Source: the human T2T-CHM13v2.0 reference genome, Homo sapiens. Taken from it: DNA of 64,000 nt. The stretch lies in the NCBI RefSeq assembly GCF_009914755.1, contig NC_060932.1. The stretch is one strand, 5' to 3'. Within the stretch, counting starts at the first letter, position 1, and each line of letters begins with the position of its first letter. Positions 39,969 to 52,993 of the stretch are shown one piece after another. The position numbers and the translations under genes are program-made. Under the pieces are notes generated by a model that made no database searches, was not told where the DNA came from, and saw only the letters and a program-made list of their open reading frames with translations.

Positions 39969-40604
39969 TATTACCAGAAACCATCCTGATCTAGACCCCA
40001 AGAGAGGGTTCTTAGATTTCACGCAAGAAAGAATTTGGGGCAAGTCCATAAAGTAAAGTGAAAGCAAGTTTACTAGAAACGTAAAGAAACAAGAGATTGG
40101 CTACTCCATAGGCAGAGAGCAGCAGCAGGGGCTGCTTGATTGAGCATACTTATGGTTATTTCCTGATTATATGCTAAACAAGGGGTGGATTATTCATGAG
40201 TTTTCTGGGAAAGGGGCAGGGATTTCCTGGAACTGAGGGTTCTTCCCCCTTTTAGATCATATAAGGGTAATTTCCAGGCATTGCTATGGCATTTGTAAAC
40301 TGTCACGGTACTGGTGGGAGTGTCTTTTAGCAGCTAGTGCATCATAATTAATGTATAAAGAGCAATGAGGACGACCAGAGGTCACTTTTGTCACCATCTT
40401 GGTTTTGGTGGGTTTTTGCCGGCTTCTTTATCGCATCCTGTTTTATCAGCAGGGTCTTTATGACCTGTATCTTGTGCCGACCTCCTATCTCATCCTGTGA
40501 CTAAGAATGCCTAACCTCCCAGGAGTGCAGCCCAGCAGGTCTCAGCCTTATATTACCCAGCCCCTATTCAAGATGGAGTTGCTCTGGTTCAAATGCCTCT
40601 GACA
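39969..40604 (-). mobile_element. MER41B solo LTR (ERV1) with tandem GAS motifs
   Basis: Same termini as the neighbouring copy but ~636 bp, including TTCTGGGAA (40203-40211) and TTCCTGGAA (40224-40232). Confidence 0.88.
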
Positions 40605-40626
40605 GTACGATGGATTCCAGTAGTGC

Positions 40627-41199
40627 TGTTCGGCTCAGCAAACAATATCCCAAAATGAAGGCCTGAGAAGCAGCCTCAGGAGCAAAAGTTTTTCTGACTT
40701 TGTCCTTCTCTCCTGTCTCTCAGTCCCGCTCTCCCTCAAGGCTAGCCGCAGAAACTAGAATCCCTCCTCCCCAAGGCTAGTCTTAGAAATTAGAAACCCT
40801 TTTCCTCAAAGCCAGCTATAAAACCTAAAAGTATTACTCTGCCTTTCCCTCTGCCTTTCTATGTAAAAACTGGCCGTAAAGAAATGATCTGACCTACACT
40901 GTTTGACGGTAGGTCATAAGGCCCCTGTTGCAGAAAGGGTCTCGCCTCATACCCAGAAGGAAGGATCGCTGTGCAGAGGGGCCGGGAGAATCTAGACAGA
41001 CACGGCTGTCCATACTTTGTTGAACCTGAGAATAAAAATGGACAATCTCCCTTGTACCTCTGGGTCTTCAGTCTGGAGGCTCCATATATACACGTTAAAT
41101 AAATTTGTGTGCATTTTCTCCAGTTAATCTGTCTTTTACACGCTGATTCTTCAGTGAACCTTCCAAGGCCCCAGGGGAACTTTCCCATTGGCCCGTGCA
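40627..41199 (+). mobile_element. MER39-like solo LTR (ERV1)
   Basis: tgttcggctcagcaaacaatatcccaaaatgaaggcctgagaagcagcctcag start; AATAAA; ends gcccgtgca. Confidence 0.7.
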
Positions 41200-41248
41200 G
41201 TCCATGCTTAGGGGACTGAAGGCGCTGTAGATAACTGCCTCATCTCCC

Positions 41249-41600
41249 TGTTACAGCTGGAACTGTGTTCTCCAAAAGAATATGCAGGAGTCCTCATCCC
41301 CAGTGCCTCAGAACGTGGCCTTGTTTGGCAATAAGGTTGCTGCAAACATAATTAGTCAAGATGAGGTCACACTGGAGCAGGGTGGGCCTTTTTACCGGTA
41401 TGAGTGGTAACCTCCTAGGAGGATGATGTGAGGAAATGGCGGGGAGAAGGCCATGTGAGGAGGGAAGCAGAGACTGGAGTTGTACAGCTGCAAGCCAACG
41501 AGTGTTGAGGATTGCTGGTTACCCCTGAAGTAGGAGAGAGGCAAGAAGGATTCTACCGACTCTAAGGTTCTGGAAGACAGAAGCAGTGCCTGGCTCATTT
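41249..41600 (+). mobile_element. MLT1C/D-like LTR fragment
   Basis: ccccagtgcctcagaacgtggccttgtttggcaataagg...gagagaggcaagaaggattct. Confidence 0.75.
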
Positions 41601-41702
41601 TTCCCCTACAGTGGCTGTCTTATAGAGTAAGGGACCAGAGGAAGCCAGCCCTTTCTTTAGTCATAAGAGCCCCAGACAAAGTGAAGCCCTTTCTTTAGTC
41701 AC

Positions 41703-42134
41703 TGACAGAGCAGGAGCATCGCCATCTTGGACAAGCACCGCCATTCTAAAGTTCACCTTGATCAAAAACCGCCTAAATCCAAAGGGCATCAGCCTAATGG
41801 CTAAGGTCAGCATTACCATAAACCACAAATAACATCTCCAACCAGAAACATTCCAAACTCCTCCCCGATCAGAAACATGTCAGCCCCAAGATAACCTCCC
41901 CTCTGACCAGAGACATTACAACCACATCATAAACTTCTCCACACACAGAAACATTCAAAGCTTGTCATAAGCCCCCTCACCATAAAACCAATATATACTC
42001 TTAGTCTGTAAGAGAACATGCTCGTGACTGAGATGGGCCAGAAGCCCCTCTCAGGTTTATTTTGGAGAAATAAACCTGTTCTTTAACTGTTGAGCTGCTT
42101 TTCGTGTTTCTTTCCTCTTTCTTTAACTCTTACA
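41703..42134 (+). mobile_element. LTR47A-like solo LTR (ERVL class)
   Basis: TG...CA termini (tgacagagcaggagcatcgccatcttgg...aactcttaca); perfect 5-bp TSD gtcac (41698-41702 / 42135-42139). Confidence 0.8.
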
Positions 42135-42558
42135 GTCACAAAGGCTGCAGAGCTGTCCCCTAGCCCTGTGTTGGCTGGGCAACTCCTTTGACACACAAAT
42201 GGGAGATGGGAAATGGGGCTAATACCCTGGAGACATAAGGACTCTTTTGCTCCCCATCCTGTCTGCATGGTATTCTTGAAGCCTGCTTGGGAGCTTCACT
42301 GGGGCCTGTGTTGCTGTTGATGGCCTTGACGTTTCTCAGCCCCACTCTTCTGTATGGCAATCCTCTGAGCAAACCTCTACCCTGTCTCTGCCACAGACTA
42401 TTAGAGGGAGCTTCCTGTGCTTCTATCATCCCCTGAGACTACCCAGACAGAGGAGAGTCTTATTTATTTATCTGTCTCACTTATTTCCAAACCCCCAATA
42501 CCCAGTGTTTGTCACATAACAGGATTCTGTGCAAGTACTAAACTGAACAGACCTGGCT

Positions 42559-42861
42559 TTTTTTTTTTTTTTTTTTTTTGAGACAGAGTCTTGCTCTGTT
42601 GCCCAGGCTGGAGATCAGTGTTGTGATCTCGGCTCACTGCAACTGCTACCTCCTGGGCTCAAGTGATTCTCCTGCCTCAGGCTCCTGAGTAGCTGGGATT
42701 ACAGGCGTGCGCCACCATGCCTAGCTAATTTTTGTATTTTTAGTAGAGACAGGGTTTCACCATGTTGGCTAGGCTGGTCTCAAACTCCTGACCTCAGGTG
42801 ATCCACCCGCCTCACCCTCCCAAAGTGCTGGAATTACAGGAATGAGCCACCCCGCCCAGCC
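42559..42861 (-). mobile_element. AluS
   Basis: Reverse Alu; agacctggct TSD. Confidence 0.95.
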
Positions 42862-43604
42862 AAGACCTGGCTATTTTAAAGTTTAGCTACAGGCTAAGAA
42901 AAAAAAAATTTTTTTAACTCTATCAAACAGGTTCAAGAAAATTCCTGAATAATCGTTAGCATTCCATTTCTTAGCCAGAGCAACACAGTGGCTCAAAGAC
43001 GATGTGTGTGTACATTTTGTGTTTTATAGGCACACAGCTCTAATAGAGAGGCTGGAAAGCTTGCCCTACTCATTTCTTCACAGTTTATTATGTGGAAAAA
43101 CATAAGCCTTCTGTTTTCCTGGGTTGTTAACTTGGCACCTCATTTCATGTAGAGAACTTGCATTAAAAGACACTACCTCTGTGAGTTAATCAGCCATTTA
43201 AAGAACAAAACTACTTGACAGGATGAGGGACTCTCAGGGCTCATCCTCCATGAAGAATGACATCAGAGGCCAGGGGAGGGGAGAGATTTATGACCTGGGT
43301 GCCCAATCACTGAATCATCAAAACGATCTAATAAAGTTGGTTGGTCTACGACCCACTCCAGAGACGATGGAATTGAGACTTTAAGAGGTTAAGTAACGAG
43401 TCCAACATCATGGAGCCCAATGGCTCTGATTCAAAAGAGGGGATTTTTTTTTCCCGAAGTAATTTATTTTATTTTGACACGTAAAAATTTTATATATTTA
43501 TTGCGTACGTATTCTGACATGTAAACATTGTGTAATGGCTAAATGGAGCTACTTAAAGTATGCATTGCCTCACATACTTATCTTTTTGTAGTGAGGACCT
43601 TTAA

Positions 43605-44234
<630 letters not shown>

Positions 44235-44799
44235 TGGTTGGGTATTTATTGCAGAGTTGTACACAGTCAACTGGCTGACTGGGATCCATATCCTAAGAGA
44301 ATCTTTTTTCTTATGACCTGTATTTTTTTCACTACACTAAAAATACGTGTTTGTTGTAGAAAAACTAGAAATTGCTGACAAACAGAAATAATGCTTAAAT
44401 CACACATAATTCCACCACCTAGAGATAAATACTGTTAATATTTGGAGTGAGCATTCATTCAGATGTCACTATGTATTTATCTATTTTTCACACAAATAGG
44501 ATCACATTATACATGCAACGTTATAACATGGTTTATGAACTAAGCAGTATCATGAACATCTTTATGTCAACAAATGTACAGTGCAATTTTCATCAAATGA
44601 TGCATAGTAGGCCATTAAAAAAAAAACATATTTAACCAATCCTGCACTGTTGAACCTTCAAGTTGTTTCAAAATTGTCTTTGCTGTTAGAAACAATACTA
44701 TGACAAGCTTACCCAGGAGGAATGTGTTCACAGAGAAGAGGACAAGCAGGGACACAGTGGCCCTGAAGACAAGGACAGGCCCCTGGGGACGAAATGAAG

Positions 44800-45110
44800 C
44801 CCAAAGGACAAATCGAAAGCAGGATGGTGACTGTCAGGGGCTGGGAAAGGCAGAAATGGGGATTGCTGTTCAGTGGGTATGGAGCTTCAGTCCTGCGAAA
44901 TGCAGATGTTCTAGAGATCTGCTGTGCAACACTGTGTATAAATTATAGTTACCAATAGCATACTGTATACTTAAAAGATTGTTGAGAGGACATCTCATGT
45001 GATGTGTTTCTCACCACAATAACATGAATATAATCGAAAACAAAAACAAAAACAAAAAAGACCAAAACAACAACAAAACAAAACAAAACAAAACAAAACA
45101 AAAAAACCAA
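44800..45110 (+). mobile_element. L1MA/MB 3' end with (CAAAA)n tail
   Basis: gttctagagatctgctgtgcaac...actgtatacttaaaa; microsatellite at 45038-45106. Confidence 0.8.
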
Positions 45111-45950
45111 GCAACCAGAGAAGGAGAACTACCACCAGGAAGGAAGGAGGGGTGTTAACAGAAGTCCATGGAAGAGAGAATTTCACAAAGGGGACAGAAC
45201 ACCGAGCACTGCAGTATTTGCTACCACACTAATAAATAGTCGTCCATGGAGTCAGTTGGATGCTCTACAAAATCCATAAATGCAACGTCATGAAATTGTC
45301 TCCCAAAGGCCTTGGATTTTCCCACCACAAAATGCAGCCCAATGGAGTTGGCAGGCAGGAGGTCAACTCTGGAGCCTGAAGCTGCTTTCTGGAAACAAGT
45401 CGTTACTGACTCCTTGGTGCATGTTGGCACATGCCAATGAGCATAAGTGCTGTGTGTCACGAGCAATCTGGTGTCAGAGATGGGGTTGGCCCCTAGATAA
45501 CAGAGACCTGTGTCCTGCCCAGAGCATGCACAACTACAGGACCAGCCACACACAAATTGGCCAAAACCTTCTCTGCCCTGTGGCTATCCTTTATCCTTTA
45601 TTTATTTATTATTGGCTGCATTTCTGCATTTCTTTTTTTAGGTAAGTTTTTACTTCTCCTCTGACATATTTAATGTTATCCATTAAAAACTATTGATTGA
45701 TTCAGTCCATCACCTACAAATATTAGCAGATACAATTTTAAAAATTCCTTCAAAATGTGCACAGGCACAAACCTGATATTACCCATTGTGAACTTAGGCC
45801 TCTTAAAATTAGCCTGCATCTTTGACAACGTCGCTGATTCTATGTAAAAATTAATGTGCTTATGTAAGGGTATGTCCTGTTCCATATCAGGTGAGACCTT
45901 CCAGACTTCTTAGGTGGGGCCCAAGATGGTGACTGCAAATGTTATTTGGC

Positions 45951-46063
45951 TAGGGTAACCAACTTAGCCCCAGGTTTGCCCAGGAGTTGCCTGGTTTTAG
46001 CACTGAAAGTCCCTTGTCCCGGGAAACCCCTCAGTCCTGGACAAACCAGAAAGTCGGATGGTC
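45951..46063. mobile_element. MER81 (hAT-Blackjack)
   Basis: tagggtaaccaac...ggttttagcactgaaagtccc...gggaaacccctcagtcc. Confidence 0.85.
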
Positions 46064-46223
46064 TGTCAGTCACCACGCACTTGGCACCAGTCAGTTCAGG
46101 TAGCTCTCTCTACCCAACTCTATCTTGAGGCCTTATTTTTGTTCTAGAGTTCATAATTCATTGATTGTGAATGAGTCTCTACCTCTGAAGAAATTACATG
46201 CACTTTGTTAACAGTTAATATTG

Positions 46224-46527
46224 GGCCAGGCACAGTGGCTTATGCCTGTAATCCTAGCACTTTGAGGGGCCAAGGCAGGAGAATCACTTGAGCCCAGGAG
46301 TTCAAGACCAGCCTGGGCAACAATATAAAGACCCTGTCTCTACAAAAATACAAAAATAGCTGAATGTGGTGGTACATGCCTACAGTCCCAGCTACTCAGG
46401 AGGTTGAGGCAGGAGGATCACTTGAGCCTGGGAGTTCAAGGCTGCAGTGAGCTAATTTTGTGCCACCACAGTCCAACCTGGAGGACAGAGCAAAACCCTG
46501 TCCATAAAAAATAAACAAATAAAGTAA
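46224..46527 (+). mobile_element. AluJ
   Basis: Dimer with J diagnostics. Confidence 0.93.
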
Positions 46528-46529
46528 AG

Positions 46530-47275
46530 GTGCTTGTGGATATTAGAAGGCAGGAGAAGAGGAAAGCTTTCTGCTGCTGGCTCTGACTCTTGGTGGTAGT
46601 TACTGACGAAGCTGGCAATGGAAAGGGGCAGCTGGGAGCCAGCAGCCTGAGCAGACAGCACCTCTTTCAGCAGTCCCTGCCCAGACTGAGGCAGTACCTC
46701 TTCCATGGATCTGGAACCAACTGCAGCAAGCACAGGCTCGGGGACTGAGCTCAAGGGCACTAACAGCTTCTGATTTTCAAGGATCACAGCTTCTTCCTTT
46801 TGGATCCTCCAGTCCCATTTCCTTCCTTTTACTCTTCCAACCTTCTTAATATCTTTGTTTATTTTTACTTTTTATGTATGTGTATATGTATTTATTTTTG
46901 AGATGGAGTCTCGCTCTGTCGCCCAGACTGCAGTGCACAACTGTGCGATCTTGGCTTACTGCAACATCTGCCTCTCAGGTTTAAGTGGTTGTTATGCCTC
47001 AGCCTCCTGAGTAGCTGGGACTACAGGCAGGCACCAGCAAGCCTGGCTAACTTTTGTATTTTTAGTAGAGATGGGGTTTCGCCATGTTGGCCAGGCTGGT
47101 CTCAAACTCCTGACCTCAAGTGATCTGCCTGCCTCAGCCTCCAAAGTGCTGGGATTACAGGCATGAGCCACCACACCCAGCCAATATCTTTGAAACCAAT
47201 TTCTTGTATTAAAGTCCCTCTGTTTGAAATACCTAGAGTGGTTTCAGTTTTCCTAACTAGACCCTTAGTGGTTCA
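46530..47275 (+). mobile_element. LTR33-like ERVL LTR fragment split by an Alu
   Basis: tgtattaaagtccctctgtttgaaatacctagagtggtttc 3' motif. Confidence 0.6.
46880..47182 (-). mobile_element. AluS
   Basis: Reverse Alu; aatatctttg on both flanks. Confidence 0.93.
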
Positions 47276-49356
47276 ACCATTTTTTTCTTTTCTTTTCACA
47301 ATTTTCAATCCTGAAAAAAATTTAAACATATATTTTCCACCAACGTTTTGTCCCATTTGTGATCTCTCTCTTTCTCTCTCTCTCTCCTTTCTCTCTTTAG
47401 CTGTTTCTCCATATAGTCACAGTTTTGCTGAGCCATTTGAAAGTGAACTGTAGATATCTTGGCACTTCCCTCCTAAATTACTCTTAAGAGAATAAGAATA
47501 AAAAAAAATTCATACTAACTCTAACACCATTCACATATTTAAAATGAACAATAATCAGATAGTATTACCCAATATTCATTTTGTATTCAAACTTATCCAA
47601 TTTTTCCAAATATGTCTCTTACAGTTTTTTTCCTAATACAAGATTCATGCATTGTGTCAGGTTATGTTGGTTCAACCAATTTTGAATACAATTTGGCATT
47701 ATCTTATGAAATTCTTGCTCATATGCACGAGGAAACATGTAGAAAATGTTCACAGCAACATTGTTCTTAAGAGAAAAAACTTTGGAAGTGCGTGTAGGAA
47801 ATGGAAAGAGTCAAGGATGCTTTCTCTGGGTCTGGCTTGGCGGCTGGGAGGACAGCGGTGCTTTTGCTGCCGGCCCTACAGTGGTGCACTAGCTTTCTGC
47901 TTTCCTAATGCTCCCAGATGCTGTCTGCACCTGCTCAAAATTCTCTCTACCTGCTTTCTGCCTCAAAAACATTAAGAGCATTTTTATTGCTCAGTGATTT
48001 CTGACTCTTCCTTTCACAAAACCACGAAATGTAGGAAATGCTGTGGAGGTAATTCCCCTCCAACACCAAAGGACTCTATTACTGGTCCTCATTCTGCACA
48101 ATCTCTGAGCGTCCTCAGATGGTGTAATGGCTTTTAATTCCAAATGCTGCCTGAAAGACTCTGCCATCATACAGAAGTCATTTTTCCTATAATTATGCCC
48201 TGTCTCCTACTATGAAACTTCCCTCACTCCCTGTCCCTAGCCCCTTCGCTTGCTGCAGTGAGAGTTAAAAGCAGCCACCTGTTTTTAACTACTTTCCTTT
48301 CTGTGGGGTTTAACTACTTTCCTTTCTGCCTTCTTACATATGTGGGTTACATGTGCAGTGGTGAGATATTTGCTCAGTAGTTAGTTCTCTCTGCTTGCCT
48401 ACAGTATCATGCATTTGAATGGCTTGGGCCATCTGCTACTGAATACCCTGGCTTATGTATCACCTCTGCAGATTATTTGACTCTTCAGGTTGATGAAGCC
48501 TGAAGGATGGGAGGGTGAGGAATAACATAATGATGAATGCCTTATGAGGAATTGCTTAAGGAAATTATACCAGAGGCAAGCTTTCCACATGACATCTCAA
48601 CCATTGTCTGAGGTGATCACACTGTCATTCCTGAAACAGTTCTCCATTATCTTGTTTACATTATGTACAGCATATCTGATAGTAGTTCTAATGAAGTCAG
48701 AGGATAGACACTATGTCAACTGCCCTGAAACTGACTCTTATAACCAAAAGACTAAACAAAGCTGTAGAATGTGGTAGACTGTTTGACATAATCCTTGATG
48801 GGCACTAATGCTTTCTTAAGAAGTTACATGAGAATCTTGATCAAGTGTCTTCAAGTATTTTACAGTCTTATCCTAAAAGTCTTTCCAGACTATCATAGAC
48901 TTCTTGTAATGATGCAAAGTGCTGCTAGTCTCATCACAAATCTTTGAAGGAAGCAGTAAATCCTTCTCTGGACATGGAAGATGTAAAAATGGAATCTTCT
49001 AGCATTTCTATACCCACCACATTTGAAACCACAGAGATGGTCTCCAAAAGTGATAGCCACTTGCTGAATAAATTCTTCCATTAGCACATGGAGAAAAGAG
49101 CCAAGGATCACTGTTATTCATTATGTGTGATATGTTCTTTTCAGCTTCCTGAGTCTCATTTTGCTATGGGGACACCTGTTTCCTCGAGCTAAATCGGACT
49201 GGGGATGATGAGTGACCACATTCATAGTAATATTATTTTCATCACCTCTTTCTCTTACCGTCTACTATAAAACCTCAAATTCCTTTCAAAACGTCCTCAG
49301 CTATTTCTAGGAATTGCCAGAAGACACTTCATATATGCTAATGAATAAATTCTCCA

Positions 49357-50048
49357 TGCTATGGTCTGAAGATTTGTATTCCTCCAAAATGTAGATGTTG
49401 AAATCCTAACCTGAAAGGTAATAACAGTAGGAAGTGGGGCCTTTGGGAGGTAACCAGTTCATTAGGGTAGAGTCCTCATGAAAGATTAGTGCCCTTATAA
49501 GAAGAGACCCCAGGACCGGGCATGGCGGCTCATGCCTGTAATCCCAGCACTTTGGGAGGCCGAGGCAGGTGTTCAAGGAGCCCTGAGCTCAGGAGTTCAA
49601 GACCAGCCTGGCCAACATGGTGAAACCCCATCTCTACTGAAAATACAAAAATTAGCTGGATGTGGTGGTGGGCACCTGTAGTCCAAGCTACTCAGGAGGC
49701 TAAGGCAGGAGAATTGCTTGAACCTGGGAGGGAAAGGTTGCAGTGAGCTAAGATCATGCCACTGTGCTTCCAACCTGGGTGACAGAGCAAGACTCTGTCA
49801 AAAAAACAAAAACAAAAACAAAGAAACAAACAAACCTCCAGAGACATCTCTCTGAACTTCTGCCCCATGTGAGGTTACAGTGAGAGAACAGCCATCTCTA
49901 ATGAACCAAGTCCTCACCAGACACCAAATCCACTGATGCCTTGATCTTGGACTTCCCAGCCTCCAGAACTGTGAGAAAGAAATGTCTGTTGTTTATAAGC
50001 CACCTAGTCTATGGTATTTTTTTATAGCAGCCTGAATAGACTAAGACA
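49357..50048 (+). mobile_element. MLT1A solo LTR with an AluS inserted at ~49513-49833
   Basis: tgctatggtctgaa...gactaagaca termini around an Alu dimer. Confidence 0.88.
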
Positions 50049-50059
50049 ATGTGTATATA

Positions 50060-50285
50060 TGCTTGCCAGGGGCTGGCTAGGGGAGTTGGGAGGATGAGAA
50101 GTTGTTATTTAATTGGTACAGAGTTTCAGTATTGCAAATGAAAAGAGTTCTGGAAATGATGGTGGTGATGGTTGTACAATGGTGTGAATATACTTAATGT
50201 CACTGAACACTTAAAAGTTGTTTAAGTGATATGTTTTAGGTTATGTATGTTTAATTACAGTAAAAAATATTTAAATAAAATAATA
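50060..50285 (+). mobile_element. L1MB-like 3' end
   Basis: tggtacagagtttcagt...ggtggtgatggttgtacaa...tacttaatgtcactgaac. Confidence 0.8.
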
Positions 50286-50610
50286 AAATATGTGTAACAA
50301 GGTTAGTCCAAAAACAAACAAACAAAATCCCTGGGCCTCTGGATAGGTCTGCTTTCCAGAAAGGACTCAATTTAGGCTCAAGTTAGATCTCCAACAGCAC
50401 CTGCATTCAAGATATTCAAGGTGGGGCTAGCCATCACTGCAGTGATAAAGGGCTATTTTATGGAAGGCCCATTTTCTTCTACCAGTATTTCCACACAGGG
50501 ATTCCTTCCCAGCATTTCTCAGAAAATTTATATTTCTCTTAATCCCAAGAAAAATCAATCAAGAAGGCAAGAAAATGGGAAAATATGATTCTCCTGTGAG
50601 AATTAATGCT

Positions 50611-50679
50611 TCACAATCACCAGACGGTGGTATCACAATCATCAGACGGTGGTATCACAGTCATCAGATGGTGCTATCA
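50611..50679. repeat. 22-bp minisatellite, three copies
   Basis: tcacaatcaccagacggtggta / tcacaatcatcagacggtggta / tcacagtcatcagatggtgcta. Confidence 0.95.
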
Positions 50680-51005
50680 GTTTGAAGGAATTTATGGACA
50701 CCTAGCTAAAAGCAATAGCAGGAAGTGCTGGCAAGTGGAGCCCAGAACAAGGTGGGCACACAGGAGGTGGGTGGCCGCAGCATCATCCGTCTTGCTTACA
50801 GCTGCCCTGGCATAAGTGAGTGTTCTTGGGGCCAGTGTGCTTCTAACAGAAAATCATTGTACAAATAAAATAAATAGTACTAAGTTTTATGCACAGAATA
50901 CATTATATGAGTCCTGTAAGTGACGTTTCAAGAGGTAACAAGTTTTGAAAGTAAAATAGATACTTCAGTCCATCCTGCTGCATGCTAGTAAGATCAGGGT
51001 AAGAT

Positions 51006-51074
51006 CTCCTTGCTAGTAAACTTACTCCTTGCTAGTAAACTTACTAGTAAACTTGCTAGTAAATTTACTAGTAA
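51006..51074. repeat. Quasi-palindromic 12-bp repeat CTT(G/A)CTAGTAAA
   Basis: About five copies, read directly. Confidence 0.9.
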
Positions 51075-51341
51075 CCAAATGTTACAGTATTTGAATACTA
51101 CCTAGTAACATTTACTGGTGTTTTCCAGTATTTGAATATTCTCCGTAGACTATAATTTCTTACAAATATTTTACCAGAAAAAAATGCAAAGAGAATATGA
51201 CATGAATGCTGTCATGGAATGCGTCAATATAAAACTAGAAATTGATCTTAAAGCTGTCAGCATAAGCAGTATTGATTTCAATAGCAAAATCAAAGTCAGG
51301 AAAAGAAAACAAAATACTTTTATCTTAAAAAAAAGGAAATG

Positions 51342-51642
51342 AGGCTGAGCATGGTGGCTCACACTTGTAATGCCAGCACTTTGGGAGGCCGAGGCAGGCA
51401 GATCACTTGAGGTCAGGAGTTTGAGACTACCCGGCCAACATGGTGAAACCCCATCTCTACTAGAAATGAAAACATTAACTGGGCATGGTGGGGCACACTT
51501 GTAATCCCAGCTACCTGGGAGGCTGAGTCTTGAGAATCACTTGAACCCAGGAGGTGGAGGTTGCAGTGCCAAGACTGCACCACTGCACTCCAGCCTGGGC
51601 AATGGAGTGGGACTCCATCTCAAAAATAAAAAAAATAAAAAA
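51342..51642 (+). mobile_element. AluS
   Basis: Dimer; aaaaaaggaa(a/g)tgag flanks. Confidence 0.94.
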
Positions 51643-52993
51643 GGAAGTGAGCTTAAATGGAGCTGCATGAACCCTAAGATCCAACTTGAAACTGTTTTTG
51701 CATGCACTTTTCACAATGCAACCCATGTCGACACAAAGTGAAAGAAATCTTTCTACATCTAAAATGTTTGTCAGGAAACAGAGAGCCCAACTATTGGATG
51801 AGGCAGTGAATGTTTGGTGTTCTTTAAATTTTCCATTGGAGAATGGCAACTTTTAAATATTGAATATTGGTAGTATCTTTCCATTTTTAGAGTCATTTTT
51901 ATTTGACATTTATTTGGTGCTAATGGTCCCTTCTTTAGTAGTATTTCCTATTATCAAATGTTTATATCAAGTAAACAACACTTTTACCTGTTATTTAAAT
52001 ATATAATATTTTCATGATGTATCAGTTAATATAAACTAAGCATATATTACATAGCATAGACTTCTCTATATGGAAAACCCTTGTATAACTCTATTTCAAG
52101 TAGAGTAACAATTTATTACTATCGTCAGTCATGATTTTTAAATTCATAAATAAAGTGTTATAAAACTTACAGAATAAGTTATGATTTGAAGAATTCCTGG
52201 GGATTGCCAGGGATTCCAATTGCTCATTCTTGAATACTGAATATTAATATCTGTCAGGAATTTGGAAATGCTATTTCCTGCCCATTTATTAATGACAATA
52301 CATCATAGAGCTTGCACAAAAGTCTAACTCAGTTCAGCTGAACTTCATTTGCCTATGGGTAAATAGGTAGGCTCTGATCTTACTACACACTGCGTATCTA
52401 AGGGATTCACTGGATTGAGAAATTACTTGCTGGAAACTAGGCTTTGCAGAAAATTCTTTCAAGTGGTCAAATATTCATACTACTTAGTAATTTTACAAAA
52501 TAATTAGACATTGTATTTCAACATTTGAGATGTTGAAGATGATAAAAAATTTTTATGAATTTTTTCTGAATGGTTCAAGAAGTTTTATTGCTGGACCTCC
52601 TCCATTATGAAATGGCCTCATAGATAACAACGTGGAATCTTCTAGAAGGAGAAAATACATTCTTTGTGACAGATAAAGTTCACAGTTTAAGAAATAATCT
52701 CGTTTAACTTCTAAACACATTTGCTCATGAAAATTAAAATAAAAAGTTATTTGGGCCTGCAGATGAGTCCACTTGAATCCATATGAGTCTAGGAGTGCTA
52801 CCGAGTTGATATTTATCAATGTTTACTGCAATTTGTCATGGCTTTATTGCCCTGCCCTTGCTAGCAATAACTTGAGAAAAATGATTGAATGCTCTATAAT
52901 AAATATTGAAGAATAATACTTATCTATGTGCTATTATTCAAATTTATTGCCACCTCTATAATTAGGACAAAACTTCTATAATGGGTAAAATAT

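Noticed and set aside
50611-51074. Short repeats as a CRISPR-like array
   Set aside because: Tandem units without unique spacers, in a primate genome with no cas genes.
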